Below the pieces are notes generated by a model. It ran no database searches. It saw only the letters and a list, made by a program, of their open reading frames with translations, and had not been told where the DNA came from. From positions 186,001-250,000 of the forward strand of contig JBJCIZ010000028.1 of NCBI GenBank assembly GCA_051294375.1: a stretch of DNA of 64,000 nucleotides, written 5' to 3'. Source of the DNA: Paraspadella gotoi (lineage: Eukaryota > Animalia > Chaetognatha). Below are positions 27,801 to 43,539 of the stretch, in pieces; the stretch's first letter is position 1, and every line of letters begins with the position of its first letter. Position numbers and translations under genes: made by a program.

Positions 27801-28558
27801 AGAGTAATTCGAAAGAATGAGAATTGATTCAAAAGTNNNNNNNNNNNNNNNNNNNNNNNNNNNNNNNNNNNNNNNNNNNNNNNNNNNNNNNNNNNNNNNN
27901 NNNNNNNNNNNNNNNNNNNNNNNNNNNNNNNNNNNNNNNNNNNNNNNNNNNNNNNNNNNNNNNNNNNNNNNNNNNNNNNNNNNNNNNNNNNNNNNNNNNN
28001 NNNNNNNNNCTCTCTCTCCCTTCTCTCTCCTCTCTCTCTCTCTCTTTCGTACCCTCCCCGCTAAATTTTTCGCGCTTTGAAAATTGGTTACATTTTCCGA
28101 CAGTTATATTTATACCAATTAAACCATCTGACCTTGGTTCCTTGAATCTGGCCTGTTTCTTCCCTCCAATCGCGATTCCGTGCATCCGATTCTGATCTTT
28201 GTTTCGCATCAACCACATCGGAGCGGAAGAAGACGAACAAGAAAAGGAAACAGACCGACCGACCGTCGTAACATCGGCGAATGTCGACAAGGCGGAGGAA
28301 ATTAAGAGTTGAAAAGTCACGAAAAAAGTGAAAAAATGTGAGAAAATAAATGAAGTTAGCGTCATTTTCGACGTCGGAGGAGAAAGTATTAATGAATCGG
28401 GGAGAGAAGATTGATAGGGAGTGAAAGAAAGCGACCGGTAGAGACGTCGAGCGACGGAATTCGGAAGGAATTGAAAAAAACAAAAGGCAACGGAAGTAGT
28501 AGGTCAAGACGTAGAAAACAGACTGTTGAAAAACAGAGAGTTGAAAAAAGGTAATGGA

Positions 28559-28609
<51 letters not shown>

Positions 28610-28734
28610 GAAGGAATGGAACCGTAGTACTTATTAGGCTTTTGAACAAATTTAGAAAATTCCAGTACATACGACTTATCTAGTTGTGGAAAGCCACAAA
28701 TGAAAATAACTTAAAACGAGAGAAAGATCTGGGA

Positions 28735-28782
<48 letters not shown>

Positions 28783-31700
28783 TCCTGAATAAATAAGAAC
28801 ACATTCAGATCCGTCAATGTAGCAATCTTAAACTCCATTTAATTCGTACCTCGGGTTTTTAAACTTCGCCTGCTTCTTGTCGCCCATCGCCATCCCGTGC
28901 ATTCGGTTCTGATCTTCGTTTTGCATCATCCAAATTGGATCCGACGACGACGAACAAGAAAATGAAACAGACAGACCGACCGTAGTCACATCGGCGATCG
29001 AAGAAAAGACGGAGGAAATTAAAAATTGAAAAGAAAAGAAAAAAGTCGAGAGAAAAATAGAAATTCGAGTCATTTTTTTGGTTTTAGAGAAGAAAAACGA
29101 GTTGAATTAAGGAAATCGGAATTCTTGGATGTGATAGAGAATAGAAGAAAGCGACGGGTAGCGACGCCGAACGGCGGAAATGGGAATTAATTGAGGGAAT
29201 AAACAAAAGGCATGGGAGAGAGTGCAGGAAAAAATAACAAATAAATCAATAAATGAACTAAAAAAGTAAGTATATTACATTATTACTCTTTTAACATTAT
29301 TTTCATTAATTTCTTTATTAACATTGCATCGTTAATTAATTATTTTAACATATTTCAATAACGAAAGCCCACCAATAATCAATAATCAAATTCATAGAAA
29401 GACGTATATTAACTAATAACCGAACTAAAAGACGAACGAACAACGAAGGAACGAAGGAACGAACCGACGAACGAATGAAGGAACTAACGAAATAACGAAC
29501 AAAATAAACGAACCTTTGGTCCTTAAATCGCGACTTCCTTTTCGCGCCATAAGCGACGCCCGTCATTCTTTCGCCCGACGATTGTCTCATCCACATCGGA
29601 GTCTCTCTCGATTGACAAGAGAAGTCGACNNNNNNNNNNNNNNNNNNNNNNNNNGTCGACGTTAGGTATTAGCGCGACAGAGAGCGAGACGTCGTCGACG
29701 AGAGAGATGAGAGACGTCTTCGGCGCCGGACAGAATCGGCGTAAGAAAACGTTGAAGAGGAGAGGAGAAAGAGGAAGCTCTGAACATAGCTTAGGATGAG
29801 AGAGAGTAGAGAGAGAAGAGATGGAGAGAGAGACTGAGGAGAGAGAGAAGACCTGATGTAATTAGTTTAATTAATAAATTAATAATTAACTAATAACTGT
29901 CGACAGACGAGTGATGTAGTGACCGAAGACGGATTGTTGAAAAGAAAAAAGTTTTTTGGTTGACGAGAAAAATGAAATTCTTTGTCGATAAGCGGATGAC
30001 CTGTGTGGAAAAGAGGAAAAAGACCGGTTAGCGGACGAAAAGAGCGGGAACGAAAGGAATATATTCGAATATAGAGAGAAACAAAAGAGTTGACGATTCC
30101 AGAGTAGGCGGGGATCGCATGAGTTGAGAGCTTTTTTTAAACAATTCAAAATTAAAAATAAAAAACGTAGGATTGAATATGTATTATATATTTATTTATA
30201 ACGAAAGGGCTCCAAAAATAATAAAAGAAATTTAGTCATTCAGTTTTTAAATCATTTTATCATTTTCATCATCGATATAAAAAAAAAGGACATACGCGGA
30301 CGGCAGAAGCATTAGACAGAAAGTCAGACAGACGAACAGGACAGACAATGAGACTGATATGAGAAGCAGGCTGACGGAAAAAAATGGACGGTTTGTTTGA
30401 GCTGCCTCGACTTTCTGGCTGACTTCACGATGGCGACGATTCGTGCGTTTCAAATTGTAGTTTTGTTTATTTACAAATCGAGGTTTTAAACGGTATCATA
30501 ATTAAGTCGATAATACAGTGCCATAAATCATAAAAAAAAAGTCCTTTAAATTATAAAACAATACGGTTCTTAAACAAACGGTCTTAAAACCGTACGACGT
30601 CGCGAGGCAACTACCTCTTGACTTTAAGATTCTATACATTTTCAAAATAATTCGCGGATATCCCGATGTTCACGTTTCTTCGATCGTCTTCATTAATCGA
30701 TTCGTCGTTCTTTTCTCTCGAAACTGGGCAAAGTGAGACGCCGATATCGAATTCAGGGCCGTCGGACGTCGAGCCACTTTTTCGCCTATTACGGTCCACT
30801 GACATGCGACGCCGACATGAAAGAATACTTTATTGAAAAACATAAAAATTATATTAAAAACAATCAGAAGACTTTTTTTACCTTCTCGTCTTTTAAAATC
30901 TCACGGTTCTTCTTGTTCCGACTTGCGAGATGAGAAACGGCGACACTTGTCAAAACTGACTGAATTTCTTGATCGCGGTTCCATAATCAGGCGCCGAGTT
31001 GGATCGCAGAGAATTCCGGCGTTCGGCGCCGGAAACGAGTATCTCGTTCCGGAAATCGTTGTTGTTGTTGTGTCGGTTTCGTACGCGATCGAGAGATTCA
31101 CGAGTTGAGAGCGAAAAAATGAGACAAAGAATCGCGACAAAGTGTCAAGAACACATTTTTTTGTTGGAATTTTCGAGGCAAAGTGAAAAAAAGGACAAAG
31201 GAGATAAGGAGACAAGCAATTTTCCAAGAAGCTGACGACTGTGGCGACAGAAGGATGTTAAGAAGATAATGGAATAGGAAAAAGAAAAACTAGCTAACGC
31301 CGCCGCGCGGGATCGAATGAAACTATTAGGTTGCGTGGATTGAGCAAACAAAAGGAACGTCGTGAGATAACTAGAAGATGTCGAATTGAAATTGTCTCTT
31401 AAACAGGATATGTTTTGCTACGGTATTAAATTACGAAAATCCGATGATAACTTGACGGCCGAGATATTAAGTTTGCTAAATTACTGTACATAATAAAAGG
31501 TATAACATGACATCATTAAGCATACGTGGTATAAGACACGCCTTCGAGGTAAGTAAGTAGTAAGTATGCAAGTTACATACAAATGAGCTATTTTACCGTA
31601 GCCACCTACTTTATATTTATCATAGTGGATAAACTTTGTCTCTCTACTAAACAGACCAACCAATTGCAAATAATAACGAGAAGTTACAGGAAAGGAATAG

Positions 31701-32581
31701 TCATAATTTCAACATCTTATCTTAAGGAATAATTAATACAATTATTTATATAACTTTAGGTAAATGTTGGCAATTATGGAACTCAGTTATTATTATAAAG
31801 TTATATTTTTTATTGATCAAACTGCAATATGCAGAATTAGAATATTAAATATAATGTCCGTAAGAAGGAAAAAGGAAAAGAAAACAAATTTCAAGGTTTT
31901 ATAAATCACCCAAAATTCAAATTACATTTGCATTTATTTGCATGAAAGTGCGTTAACTTCCTAATTTATTATTCGTTGTTCTACCATCATTTATTCTTTC
32001 AATTATCATTTCAAAATAATTACGCGATAGAATGTTTAGAAAGTTAGATTAGCTTTAAAGAGTTCACACGTTACATGCCTTCACGCAAATCTGATATTTT
32101 ACGTTTTGATCACGAAATCCCATCATCTTTCTTTCTCCTCACAAGCGAGGCTTTTCATATTTCGATCTCTGATTCGATTCCAAACTGAGCATTCGATGAA
32201 ACGCAAGAAAATTGCTATGGATGCGAAGAGTCCGGAGAACGAAACGGAGAAAGTTTCAGGCGATTTCGTGAAGATTAAACGAGGCATATATGCCGAAGAT
32301 GCAGAGAAAGGAGGGGAAGGAACTTTGGGTATCGAAGGTTTAAGAAGCGAGGAAGGATAAACTTGGCGATTTTTCTGTGATTTTTTTATGCTGTTGCATA
32401 GTTGAATAAAGAAATTTTTGTGGCAGAAATGGGAGAGAAATGGAGAAGGAATAACGCGAAGAGACTAGCAGAGACACCGAGCGTCATGAATGTTGATATG
32501 AGTAGAAAAAACAAAAGAGCATCTTTCGACGGAACGGTAGAGAGAGGAGAGAGAGAGAGAGAGAGAGTAAGAGAGGTGAGA

Positions 32582-32617
<36 letters not shown>

Positions 32618-33702
32618 AGAATGAGTAGAGAGATGCAGAGGAGAGAGCAGAGGGACGATTGTAAATATTTTTTGCGTTTAAGACAGCTAAAAAAAAATCT
32701 TTTTCTGCTCAAAGTTAGCTAATTCAAAATATATTTCGTAGAAACCCGTAAGAATTTCTAAAATATTCCAACATTTCTCAAAGATTAAAAAATGACAGGA
32801 CAAGAATTAACCGAATAACACGGACAGGACGCGACACAAATTAGCTACGAACGCAAAGACTAACAGACAAGAGAGAAAAAAATTACCTCAGTTAAAGAAA
32901 GGGCAGATAGGCAAACGAATAGACAGACAAGCAATAGGAACAGTCAGGACACACTGAGACAGAGCGATACGAATAGACGTACGGACAGGAGATTAGGAGC
33001 AGCAGACAGACCAATGACCGCACAGACAGGACCCCCCCCCGCATTTCTACCTCTGATCTTTGAATCTGCATCGTCTTCTTATTTCCGACTCCAAAATCTG
33101 ATGTTTCGCCTCGACTTTTGAATTCGATACCAAATCGGACGTTCTTCGATGAATCGCGAACGAAATTCCATGATGCAACCGGAAAGCGAGACAGGATTTC
33201 CATCGAAATAGAGAGGTGGAGAAGAGAGCGAAAGAGAGGAGAGAGAAGAAGAGAGGAGGAGCAGGAGGCGAGACCATTGTTTATTTGTGTAGTTTGGTGG
33301 AGTTTTTTTTTTTAGAAAAAATAAAGAGTAGGATGGACGTTTTAAGAGATGGACAATGCGAATGAGAGGGACGAGGAAGAAGCAGGAAAGGATGGGTTAG
33401 AGACGCCGAACGGAAATAGGGAAATGAATAAAGAAAACAAAAGGCTATTCGCCGTTTTTGACTTTGAAGACGAAGAAAAATTTCATTTACATCATATGAG
33501 AAGAGAGGAAAAAAAATGAAAGGATCAGAAATTTAAAAAAAACGTTTAGAACGAAATGTTAACCCCCACGAACTTATCAAAAATAAATTTATGCCACACT
33601 TTTGAATTTTACTTTAATTTTCATTATTCAATGGTTGCACTAAACAAAAGTAGCGATTGAAAGAAAAACAAATGGACGATGGAGATGAAACAACATATTA
33701 GA

Positions 33703-33740
<38 letters not shown>

Positions 33741-36700
33741 TATTATTGATTATATTATTATTATATTACATATTAGATTATATTAGACAATAATTACGAA
33801 GGACACAACGACAAAATAATTAAAGTCGAATTACATTTTAAATTAATATTGTAGTATCTTTGTCTTTATGCCCGCTCAAAATCAGCATTTTAAATTTAAA
33901 TTTAATTAAAATTGAATTGAACATTCACATTTTCACTTCTTCCTCAAACAAACCTCCACGTAAAAACAAATTCCTTACTTTTATCAAAAATGAAAACAAA
34001 AAAACAAAAACTTGAAAATTCAACATTAAAATTGTCAAAGGAACGAAAGGTACCGGTTATTCCGACAAACAAACATTCGGTTCTAACTGTAAAACTGTTG
34101 CACCTTTCGTTCGTTAAATCTAGATTTCGGTTTCGTTCCAAAGAGCGATTCCCTGCCTAGCTCTTTTGATTGTCTCGGGGTTTCATAACCACATCGGAGT
34201 TCGCGCCGAAGAGCAGGAAATTCGCGACTTTTCGCATCCGAGAAAGCGACTTTCGCTCGTTTGGTTAATGAGTTCGAAAGATGAAGTAAAAATGAGGAAA
34301 TGATGAAGAAATGAATCTTTAAATTCGCCATCTTTGTTTTCGAGAAGGAAAGAAAAGATTCTTGATTGTTCTGTCTCTTTCGGTAAAAGAGCTCCGGTAT
34401 AGATGAGCCCTTGCGGAAATATCTCGTAGCCCAGACCTCAAGCGGCAGAAAACGGCCAGTAACTATTGGACTGTCTTGAATGAAGAGAAAAAAAAGGCTG
34501 GCTTGAAGAATGCATCGACTGCAAATATCGATAAATATTTGTGCTTTAAAAAAACGAAAAAAAATGTTAAGTAGTCGCCCTCACATGGAATGAATAGTGA
34601 ATAGTGTGAATACATGCAATCTAAGATGAACATTTGCAATTGGAAAAAAACCAATTCATATTTGAGATGTGACTTTTAATTTGAACTAATTCTTTAGTTT
34701 CGAATTTCTCATTTTTGATAGAAGACAAAAACACGATATACTCTAAAGAAAAAACTAAAAGATTAAACCTTACAATCAATTATATGTCGCGTTGTTTTTG
34801 TCAAAAATAAGCAATGCATCTGATTGCAATAAAAACTTTTTTTTTAAAGTTTAAGCCGAAAAACTCTATTTCAGACGAAAAGATTACTATATGCAAATGT
34901 GCAATTTAAGCCGACAAGATCAAATGACAATTTACCTGAGAGACCATAGAGAGAGAGCAGAGGAGAGACGAGAGAGAGAGAGAGCAGAGATGAGAGAGAG
35001 AGAGTCACAATACCTTTCGTTCTTAACCAGCGACTTTTGAGTTTTTCCCCGCAACGCAATTCCTTGCAACTGATGGTGTTGATTCTTGCCTGCCATCAGC
35101 CCACATGGTGTCTCGCAGAATCGCCCAAAACAACGGGGGGGGGGGGGGACGGCCTTTCGAAAGGCCCCAAGAATCGCGCAATCAGGTCGATGGGCTGGAA
35201 ATGCCGAGAGAATAACAATTCGAGGAAAAAAAGAAAAGAAAAAAAACGAGCAGACGATCGGATTCATCATTTTGAGAATGTAATTTAAATAGTTTTCGAA
35301 ATATTTATTTAGGAAATATTCGTTTGGCGAAAAAAGAATGTTTCAAATTAGAAATTTTAGGTGCAGAGAGAGAATCAGACGCGATTGGACAAAGCGCAAA
35401 CACGAGCGACGTCGAGCGAACGCAAAAAAGAATTACATTCAAAAACAAAAAGACGTCCCGAGAAGAAAGGCGGGATTCTATAAAATTGTAAAGTTGGCGC
35501 GTGGAAGTTTTTGTAAAACGGTTTCAATAGTTAAAATGCTTGATCAGAGAAATAGAGTTTCATTACATTTGTTTTACTGTTCAAAAGACAACGGCAAACA
35601 ATAAGTTTGATCAAATAATTACGTCAAGTCGCGCAGAAAATAAGTCGTCTTTTAGAAAGGGAAATCTTGATACAGTGTTTTATTAATACGTTTTCTTGGA
35701 TTCAGAATACAAAATCGCAAATTAGTTTTTCAACAAAAAGAAGAATTAAGGAACGGAAAACAGAATTTAGATATGTAGAACCACATAATAAATTGTCAAG
35801 TTTAAATTAAAGTATTACAATCAAAGTGAAGTTTGTCGAGAAGAATTCCGCTATAGTAATACGCTAATGTAATTGTAATTAAAGTAATAAAATCACACCT
35901 TAATTTACCGATCGCTCTTGGACCGCGCCATCTTCGCGGCGCCGATTGCCAGAATGGACCGAAGTTATTCGCGCGCTTGATCCGATTCCAAACCGGAAGC
36001 GAACGCTAGAGACGCAAGAAAAAGACGGCGTCGCCGACTCGTGAGACGCGAGTGGCTTCGACGCGAGAAGCGACGAAGACAGCCGACGAAAGAAGCCGAC
36101 AAAATTGCACAAGACCGACAGAATAAAACCGAAATCATTTTTTTATTTGATTTAAAGGAAGAATCTTGAAAATCAAAAACGACTGAGGAAAGAAAAGAGA
36201 AGAGATATTCGCTAGCCAGAGTAAGAGATTCTCTCTTGGACCGAAACGCCGCTAGAAGACATCGAGCGGAGAAAAGAATTCGCGAATGAGAGAAAGTTAA
36301 AAACAAAAGACGTTCGTCTGTAAAGTCCGTAATACTTTGCTTATCATTGCGATCGGTCGGCCTTGAAGTTAATTTTAATGTAGTTTCTAATTTACAAACT
36401 ACAAATTATAAACAAGTAGGATAAAAGAATGATCAATATAAAGTTTAAAGTTGTTAAAAAAAAGTTATTTGCCGCATCTGATAAAATTAATTCGAATGTT
36501 GCTTCATCCAATTTATATTTTTAAAGAGTTGCAGAGATTATACGAAGGAAAAATGACTCAGATTCTAGTAAACATAACGAGGAATAAATATATAAGGTAA
36601 ATGATTAAGAAATAAGAACCAATAACAATAATTATCAACGGAAACCCAAGGGGGGGGCCCCAAAAAATCAAAAAAACAAAAAAACAAAAACAACAACATC

Positions 36701-37900
36701 ACCTTTCGTCGATCGCACGCTCCTTTCGCTCGACCACCGACGCACGCATCGACCGCAAATCATTTTCTGCGAATCTGCTGCACCAAATCGGAATCTCACA
36801 GGCAGGCAGAGACGCAAGAAAAGTCGCGGTAAGAGCACGGAGTTTTCAAGTTGCCGTCGCGCGCGGAATCGCCGGATTGCGCGGACGGATATAAGGACAA
36901 GCCGTGGTCAGAATGAAGCGACAAACGGAGGCACAAAGTCCGAGAAAAAGGGACAAGGAGAGAAGAGAAAGACATTGTTGAATCGGCGAGGCGAGAGTGC
37001 TTAGAAGAAGGTAGACGGAGAATTCGAGATTAATGGAGAATAAGAGACTAGTAGCGACATCACGAGAGGAAAGCGGCAAGCGTTGCGGAAGAAAAGTTTA
37101 ACAAAAGAACAGTCATTTGTGTCAATTTTCTCTATGAAGAAAGAAGGGCAAAGAGGAAAGAAAGAAATACAAATTTTTTTTTAAACCGAAAACAAGCTAA
37201 CAATATCGGCCATTCAAAATAAATAACAAAGTCAAATACAAGACTGCCGAAAATAAAACCTATGAATTGAAATTCAAATAAAAACAAAAGACACTAACGT
37301 TTTTAAAAATCATTAATAAAAGTTATGAACTAAGTTCATAAGAAACTACAAAAAATAAACGTTTCAAGGATCAAATGGGTAAAAAATCATAAAACCGGAA
37401 AAACGTTAAAAAACGAAAAATGTTCAAAGTCAAGCAGAAGCAATAGGTTTTTTTTTTAAAATTTATAATTATAATGTGTTCAAGTAAAAGGGCAAGCGGA
37501 CCAACAATGCATAATTAAAACCTACAATCAACTATATATATATATATATATAAGCCCGAATAAACGAGACGCTAACAAAGAGTCGCTAAAACGAATCATA
37601 AGGAAAAATTTTGAGGTTTACCCATCATCTGTATTGAAATTTAACGTCAACGCATATCCCGCATTCGTTTGCTCTTTAAATAAATTAAAATACCTCGATC
37701 ACCCAGGTTTGATCATTTCAAATTTATTGACAATACCATTCATACAGTTCACGACAAATAATGTTAACCGTTTCAATGATTTGGTTGAACGCGGAAAATC
37801 TAAATAGTTGACGAAAAATTACAGTATGTAAATGAGATTAGAATATATTTCGTTTTTTTAAAATAGCCGAATTTTAGGGGGAAGATGACAGAGAGAGAGA

Positions 37901-37936
<36 letters not shown>

Positions 37937-40900
37937 ATTCACCTCTCATTCACGAATCTTTCCATTTCCTTTTTCACCATGGCCATTGCAACAACTTCGA
38001 CTCCATGTTTCATCCAAACCGGATCAGTTTTCGATTGACAGCAAAATAGACATGACGTCGACGGTCGCTACTTTGTTGAATCTCGGAGGACGAATTCGGC
38101 GGAAAAAAGGGATAACGACGAAACAGCGAGAAAACAAGAAAAAAACATTTCGTTTCCTTTGTTTGTTTCTTCTGTTTCGTCAATTATTGACGGACAATTT
38201 TGAAGCGACGGAATTTATGAAAGGAGACAAGTCCCAAAGAATTGAGACTGGTAGAGACGCTTAGCGAGAAGTAGAAAAACGAAAAATAGACAAAAGGCTA
38301 ACGTTCAAAAGCGGTTTTAAAAAAAAAGCAGTAGATTAATGGAAGTAATAGGATCAAACGATAGTGTTTTAGAAGAGACATCTGCTTTAAAATTCTATTT
38401 ATGTTGCTTAAACAAAAGCAAAAAATGTTTATTGTTTAAAAGTTTAAATAGGGATTTGATTATCGTTTTCGTCAGAGTAAAACAGCTACCAGTTTGAACA
38501 AAGAACAACTGACAGAATTTGAAGCAAGATCTTCATGTTAGGAAACTGCAAAGCAACACAACACAACTCAACACAACAAAGCAACACACAAAACGCAACA
38601 CAACAAAGCAACACAACACAACTCAACACAATAAGCAACACAACAAAACGCAACACAACAAAGCAACACAACACAACTCAACACAATAAAGCACACAACA
38701 AAACGCAACACAACAAAGCAACACAAAACAACTAACACACAACAACCAACAAAACGCAAACACACCACGCAACAACCCGTGACAGACAATGTTGTATACT
38801 TCTTATAAAACCAAGAATCTAATGAATCAATTTAGTTAAGTTTTGACAAAATAACTTGAAAACGTATAGGGTAAATGAATTATCAATCATGCATGAAAAA
38901 CATTGACTAATGCAACGCTTCACAAGACCAAACTATCTTTCTCTTTTACCGACTGTCCTTGAATCGCGCCATCCTATTCCCGCCAATCCAGTTCCACAAC
39001 GAGTCGCCATCTTGGATTCGATTCCAAATCGGAAGATTTTTCGAGTCGCAGAGAATTTCGTTTCTGAGCCGACAACAACGACGACGTCTGCCACGAAGAC
39101 GTCGGTTTACGACAAAAGGAGAAACAAAGAAAGTAAGATTCGATTTCATTTTCGTATTTCAGAGATGAAAAGTGAGTTAAATAGTCAAGGATGGATTCTT
39201 TGGATGTCGTTAGGAAGAAGGAGACCAGTGGAGACGCCGAACGGAGAAAATGGGAAGTAATTAACAACAAAAGATACTTGAATGAGCGAAATAACGATCC
39301 GAGAGGAGAAAATATTCTTGGAAGAAGCATTTATAAGTCATAGTCACAAAAATATAAACACCCGATATTTGTATCAAGCTAGGATGCCCGAGTGGTTAAG
39401 CGTTAGACTTAAGTTCTAATGGACAAGTGTCTTCGTGGGTTCGAACCCCACTCCTAGCAATCAATTTTTAATCTCAAATCGTTGTTTTGAAACTATTATT
39501 TCTTAATTTGTTAGAATAAGTAAAAACTAAACAATTAGTTTAATAAGAATCAGCTAGGATGGCCGAGTGGTTAGGCGTTAGACTTAAGTTCTAATGGACA
39601 AGTATCTTCGTGGTTCGACCCCACTCCTAGCAACTTGATTTTTGTGTTAAGAACGTCATTTAGTACGCACGTAAGGAGGTGTGATAGCCTTCTCAAATTA
39701 ATTTTAGTAATTATAAAAAAAGTATAATTAAACTATAAATGATTTAAATTTTAAAATAAAAAACATAAGCAACATCCCGCTAGGATGGCCGAGAGGTTAA
39801 GGCGTTAGACTTAAGTTCTAATGGACAAGTGTCTTCGTGGTTCGAACCCCACTCCTAGCAAATTACTTTTAAAGTACAATATGGTTGTTAGAAAGTACAA
39901 AGATGGACGTAGGATGAATTACTTAACGGCCTACTAAATTGATGAATAACCACAGCCCAATAACAAGACAGTCTTGATAGCAAAGATATGCGCGTAACAA
40001 TACTATATACATATCGATAATACCACAAATAGGTTAATAACAAGTTTACCTTTCGTCAGTAAATCTCCGACTTTCTGAACCCGAAAGCCAAAGCACGCAT
40101 ATTTTGCGATTTTTGATTCGATTCCAAACTGGGGATGAACTCGATCGCAGTTAAACTTTATCGTCGACCGAATATAGAGATGACATCGACTCGAGATCGC
40201 CGAAACATAATGAAATAGGGAGACGAAAATAGCGAAGGAAATAAACATTGTCTCCTTTGGTTGAGATTTTTTAAAAATTGTTTAGTGAAATAAAGTTTAA
40301 ATCTATATTCTTAGAATAAATTTACATCATGTAATGTTTTATTTGGCTGTTATTTTAGGATTTGAGATGAAAGAAAACAATTTTTGGGATTCGTCAGACA
40401 ATCAGATTTTTTATATCAGCAAGAAACAGAGAAAAAGAACCGATGGTGACGCCAAGCGGGAAAATCGAATACGAGGCGGAAAACAAAGACAGGGACGAAA
40501 CTTGACTTGAATGAAAGAGAACCCTCAGGCTGGGTTACGGTATAACAGAAGTTTAAAAAGGGAAAATTTGGATTGTATTAAATATTTTTTTTTAATATAG
40601 TAAGCTATGAGTAAGTAAGGAAGTAAGAAGAGAGAAAGAGAAACAAAATAAGATTTTACTGTGATAATTGTTGTTATTGTGTATATTTGCATTCTGTATC
40701 ATTAACTTTATATGAATAAAAGACCTCATAATTCTAAGGACAAAAGAACCCAGAAAATAGAAATAATTTCTTACTGCAAAGAAACAAAACAGTAAACAAG
40801 GAACTGTAGTGACTCAATGATCGATGCGCGATCATTGCTGACGATCCACTGACAGACCGTCTTTTTTCAGAAAATAAATTTCTCACTTTTTCTCTTATAC

Positions 40901-43452
40901 TCGCTTCACTCGCTCTCTCTCTCTCACTCTCTCTCTCTCTCTCTCTCATAACCTTTTCTCCTTGAATCTTGTCTTCCTTCTTTCTCCAATCGCCATCCCT
41001 TCAGTGACGTCCCGCCCTTCTCTTTCTCATCAAATGGGATCTTCGTTACTGACGCAAGAAAATTCGACCAGTGATCCAATAGAAATGACCGCGTCGCGAT
41101 CCCGGACAAAGACTCGACGCAAAACGCAAATTTGTGCAGAAGAAAAAAAGGTTTTTGTTGACGAGAAAATGAAATTCTTTTCGAAAGCGGATGTGTGTGG
41201 AAAAGAGGAAAAAGACCGGTAGCGACGAAGAGCGGGAAACGAAAGAATATATATCGACAATATAGAGAAACAAAAGACGTTGACGATCCAGAGTAGCGGG
41301 GAGCGATGAGTTGAGAAGCTTTTTTTAAACAATTCAAAATTAAAAATAAAAANNNNNNNNNNNNNNNNNNNNNNNNNATCAGAGGACGCAGAGATGAGGG
41401 AGAAAGTATGTAAACGGTCTTAATAAAGTTGTATATTCCCCATCCTAGCGAATCTCCGAGAAGCAAGTAAACGAAAGGGCTCTAAAAAATACTTTTTTGT
41501 TTAAAATAGAACTTACCTGGACGGCATTTGACCGAAAAAAAATAAAAGACAGACATGTCGTTATAAACAATTTTACGTAACGCAGATACGGTAGGCGGTC
41601 TAAAGTACAAACAGCAGACAAGAGACTGACAGAGAGGCAGGCGGACCGGACAAATAGACACGACGGACGGAACACACTCAGAAATTTAAAAAACGAACAA
41701 ATATATTTTAGTTAAAAAAAAAAGGAAATATTTACTTTACAGATACACAGGCACATTATAGTTAGGTATATACAGACGTACAGAACCGTGGGGGGAAAAA
41801 AGAATACGCGACAAATAAAAAGACGTAAAGAAAAAGCTTCAAACATTACTATACAAATTTAGCATTCATCATTTACATACAAATTTAGTTTACCGATGGT
41901 TCCTTGAAACTGAACTGTTCTCTTGTCGCCGACCGCGAGAACTTCTCATGCCTTCGTCGCGTTCCCTCTAATTCGGTTCCATATCGGCGCCGAGTTGGAA
42001 TCGCAGAGAATTCGCGTCGCGGCCCGGAAACCGCGATCGTCCGGAAATCGTTGTTGTTGTCGTTTCGTACGGCGATCGAAGAGAATTCGCGAGTTTGAGG
42101 CGAAAGAATGAGGCAAAGAATCGCGACAAAGTTGAAAAGAACATTTTTTTTGTTGGAGACTTCGAGGACAAAGTGAAAAAAAGGACAAAGGAGAAAAGGA
42201 GACAAGAATTTTCCAAGAAGCTGACGACTGTGCGACAGAAGGATGTTAAGAAGATTGGAAAGGAAAAGAAACTACTAACGCCGCCGCGCGGGATTCGAAT
42301 GAAACTATAGGTTGCGTGGAATGAGAAACAAAAGGAACGTCGAGAACTAGAAGATTCGAATTGAAATTGTCTCTTAAACAGGATATGTTTTGCTAGGTAT
42401 TAAATTACGAAAATCCGATAAACTGACGGCCGAGATATTAAGTATTGCTAAATTACTGTACATAATAAAAGTATACATGACATCATTAAGCATACGGGTA
42501 AAACCCTTCGAGGTAAGTAAGTAAGTAAGTATGCAAGTTACATACAAATGAGCTATTTTACCGTACCACCTAATTTATATTTATATAGTGGATAAACTTA
42601 TGTCTCTCTACTAAACAGACCACAATTGCAAAAATAACGAGAAAGTTACAGGAAGGAATAGTCATAATTCAACATCATTACTTAAGGATAATTAAATACA
42701 ATTTTTTATAATAACTTTAGTTAAATGTTAGCAATTATGGAACTCAGTTTTATTTAAAGTATATTTTTATGATCACTGCAATATGCAAATTAGAATATTA
42801 AATTAATGTCCGTAAGAAGGAAAAGAAAAGAAACAAATTTAAGGTTTTATAAATCACCAAAATTCAAATACATTTGATTTTATTTTGCATGAAAGTGCGT
42901 TAAGTTCCGAATATTATTCGTTTTCTACCATCATTTATCTTCTCAATTATCATTCAAAAATAATACGCGATAGAATGTTTAGAAAGTTAGATAGTTTAAA
43001 GAGTTCACACGTTACATCCTCACGCGAATCTGATATTTTACCGTTGATCACGAAATCCCATCATCTTTCTTTCTCCCACAGCGAGACTTTTCATATTTCG
43101 ATCTCTGATTCGATTCCAAACTGGAGATTCGATGGAAACGCAAGAAAATTGGATGGAAGATCCGGAGAACGAAACGGAGAAAGTTTCAGGCGATGCTGAG
43201 ATAAACGAGGGCATAATGCCGAAGATGCAGAGAAAGGAGAGGAGGAACTTGGGTATCGAAGGTTTAAGAAGCGAGGAAGGGATAAACTTGGGCATTTTTC
43301 TGTGATTTTTTATGCTTTGATAGTTGAATAAAGAAATTTTGTGGCCGAGAAATGGGAAGGAAATGGAGAAGGATAACGGAAGAGACTAGCAGAGACACCG
43401 AGCGTATGAATGTTGAATGAGTAGAAAAAACAAAAGATCTTTCGACGGACAC

Positions 43453-43539
<87 letters not shown>

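Noticed and set aside
30882-40248. Treating block A frameshifts as proven pseudogenisation
   Set aside because: The indel pattern also hits tRNAs and spacers and looks like sequencing error, so the pseudogene labels are provisional.
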